Shown one piece after another: positions 59,744-61,617 of a stretch of 61,617 nt of DNA. Under the pieces are notes generated by a model that did no database searches, was not told the DNA's origin, and saw only the letters and a list, made by a program, of their open reading frames with translations. How positions within the stretch are numbered: the stretch's first letter is position 1; each line of letters opens with the position of its first letter. A program made the position numbers and the translations under genes. The DNA is from Nitrospina sp. (GTDB lineage Bacteria > Nitrospinota > Nitrospinia > Nitrospinales > VA-1): contig JABIYR010000072.1 of assembly GCA_018702695.1 (NCBI GenBank), forward strand, positions 1-61,617. The letters are read 5' to 3'.

Positions 59744-60220
59744 ATGCCGAGATGGATCAAAATCGCTGGGATCGCGGGAATGGTGTTTTTTCTTTCCGCT
59801 TGCGGGATCAAGGGGGGTGGAAAATCGCCTCTGGTCTTTAAGCGCATTACTCCTGCGATGGAGATGGAGATGGAAGGTCTCATCCAAGCAGGGTGTGATC
59901 AGGAGTACGAGTATTTTGATCGGGATGTTGCTCTGCTGTACTCATTGTTGCCGGGAGGTGGGCAATGGTATACGGGTGAGACTCGTAAGGCTTGGATTTA
60001 TCTGATGTCCTTTCCCTTGGTGATTCCCTATATTGTTTCTTTTCAAGATGCGCAGAATTCGGTGGATTATTATAATTTTCGCTACACGGCGCATTTTTGC
60101 AAAAATAAACTCAAAGTGACTGATGCAATGCCTCTTTCAGAGAAAGGTTTGCATAAAAAAGCGTCGAAAGAAAATAAGAAGAAAAGAACGCGAAACACAA
60201 CGGGTAGAAACAAATTTTGA
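59744..60220 (+). CDS. Hypothetical lipoprotein
   Basis: Lipobox LSAC; SLLPGGGQWY motif. Confidence 0.7.
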   Translation: MPRWIKIAGIAGMVFFLSACGIKGGGKSPLVFKRITPAMEMEMEGLIQAGCDQEYEYFDRDVALLYSLLPGGGQWYTGETRKAWIYLMSFPLVIPYIVSFQDAQNSVDYYNFRYTAHFCKNKLKVTDAMPLSEKGLHKKASKENKKKRTRNTTGRNKF

Positions 60221-61161
60221 TCCATCTTATTACTGGGATTCATGGTTTTGCAGGTTCCCACCTTGCTGATTTGCTGGTCAAAAAGGGAGAGCAAGTATGT
60301 GGTTTAGCCCACTCTCTGGATAATGACCAAAACATAGCCCACCTCGGAAATAAAATTAAGGTTTATCAGGCGGATATCTGCGACCGACTTCAGGTTGAAC
60401 AAGTTCTCGACTCGGTTCGACCCACAGCAATTTATCACTTGGCAGGCATGAGCTATGTTCCGGCAACGGTGGATAGTGCCATGTTTGATTCTCATTTTCG
60501 GGGCACGCTGAACCTGCTGGAATCGGCTAAAGAATTAAAATTAAAGGCAAAAACACTTTGGGTTGGGTCTTCGGAGGAGTATGGGCTGATAAAGCAAGGG
60601 AATGGGTTGGTCGATGAATGTCATCCTCTGAGTCCCTTATCCCTTTATGGGGTGAGCAAGTCTTCAGCAGAAATGCTCGCTAATTCTTATCACGAACGGG
60701 GTGATTTGGAGGTTATCAGAGTGCGCCCGTTCAACCACATTGGACCCCGCCAGAAGAGCCGATTTGTTGTTTCTTCCTTTGCTCGGCAGATTGTAGAAAT
60801 TGAAGCGGGCAAAGAACCAATTTTAAAAGTAGGGAACCTGAATTCTGAACGCGATTTTACGGATGTGCGAGATACTGTTCGGGCTTATTTATCGGTGATG
60901 AATGTAGGGCAGTCGGGAGATGTGTTTAATGTTTGCTCGGGCAAAACAAAAAAAATCAGTAGTTTACTGGGAAATTTGATTGAGCAGGCCCAAGTGGAGA
61001 TTAAAGTTGAAAGTGAGGAGGAGCATTTTCGGCCCAACATTCCAGTCAGTCTAGCGGGAGATTTTACCAAATTGCAAGCCGCCACAGGATGGCGGCCAGA
61101 AATCTCATTAGAGGCAAGTTTGGGTGATACGCTGACTTATTGGCGTGAGAAACTGAGTTGA
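60217..61161 (+). CDS. NAD-dependent sugar-nucleotide dehydratase/reductase (Gmd/Rmd-like)
   Basis: TGIHGFAG, HLAG.S.V, SSEEYG, YGVSK, RPFNHIGP, RDFTDVRD. Confidence 0.88.
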   Translation: MIHLITGIHGFAGSHLADLLVKKGEQVCGLAHSLDNDQNIAHLGNKIKVYQADICDRLQVEQVLDSVRPTAIYHLAGMSYVPATVDSAMFDSHFRGTLNLLESAKELKLKAKTLWVGSSEEYGLIKQGNGLVDECHPLSPLSLYGVSKSSAEMLANSYHERGDLEVIRVRPFNHIGPRQKSRFVVSSFARQIVEIEAGKEPILKVGNLNSERDFTDVRDTVRAYLSVMNVGQSGDVFNVCSGKTKKISSLLGNLIEQAQVEIKVESEEEHFRPNIPVSLAGDFTKLQAATGWRPEISLEASLGDTLTYWREKLS

Positions 61162-61400
61162 AAAAGAAATTAGCTCAGTTTAAGGCTGTCATATTCCCTT
61201 TTAATTGAATAATATAGTAAAAAAATATAGCATTTATAGATTTTCGGTGCTAAACTTCACGGCTTAAATTAATGCAGGAATAATTTTTTTTTTTCTATCA
61301 GAAGACAGCTGTCCATGCTATAGTGTGTTATCGTAATCACCCTTTCGTGGTATGAAATCCTGTTAGTCTGAGCGAAATAGCTGAAAACCTCCAATTTATA

Positions 61401-61429
61401 TTGAAACTTTGGAAATCAAGGTGTAATAT
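61401..61429 (+). promoter_or_regulatory. Putative sigma-70 promoter of the tRNA cluster
   Basis: TTGAAA-N17-TAATAT. Confidence 0.55.
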
Positions 61430-61447
61430 GGGGGTTTTTTTTACTGA

Positions 61448-61520
61448 GCTGGCGTAGCTCAGCTGGTAGAGCAGCTGATTTGTAATCAGCAGGTCGGGGG
61501 TTCGAGTCCCTCCATCGGCT
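61448..61520 (+). tRNA. tRNA-Thr(TGT)
   Basis: D-arm GCTC/GAGC, anticodon arm GCTGA-TTTGTAA-TCAGC, T-arm GGGGG-TTCGAGT-CCCTC; CCA not encoded. Confidence 0.9.
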
Positions 61521-61542
61521 CAAGAAACTTAAATGTTTTACC

Positions 61543-61617
61543 GGGCGGGTTCCAGAGTGGCCAAATGGGGCAGACTGTAACTCTGTTGTTTCGACTTCGA
61601 AGGTTCGAATCCTTCTC
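61543..61617 (+). tRNA. tRNA-Tyr(GTA), 3' end cut by the window edge
   Basis: GCAGA-CTGTAAC-TCTGT anticodon arm, long variable arm, GAAGG-TTCGAAT-CCTTC T-arm. Confidence 0.88.

Overview
Bacterial chromosomal segment, roughly 43-45% GC by eye. Gene content and order (XRE-pilMNOPQ-aroB, a Geobacter-like PilA N-terminus, nadD-rsfS-dksA, leuS-lptE-holA/rpsT) suggest a Nitrospinota-like or deltaproteobacteria-like organism; this is inference only. The left edge holds the 3' end of an IS3-family element abutting an att-like tRNA-Lys 3' fragment. The main theme is a type IV pilus system with putative sigma-54 promoters. It comprises pilMNOPQ with an unusually large PilP fusion, two tandem paralogous minor-pilin (PilV/W/X-like) cassettes, one carrying Asp-Lys/Asp-Ser repeats in two subunits, and a major pilin. 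The pilin is followed by a putative glycosylation locus: a DUF2723/TMEM260-like GT-C frameshifted in a T10 tract, a GT2, and a YfhO-like remnant. Other notable items are an Aer2-type heme-PAS histidine kinase, tandem divergent Kdo transferases, a degenerate ADP-ribosylglycohydrolase and a structured leader/sRNA candidate. The rest is housekeeping (miaB, nadB, nadD, ftsK, leuS, holA, rpsT, lpxK), ending in tRNA-Thr and a tRNA-Tyr cut by the window edge. All family calls come from motif recognition by eye; no database searches were run.
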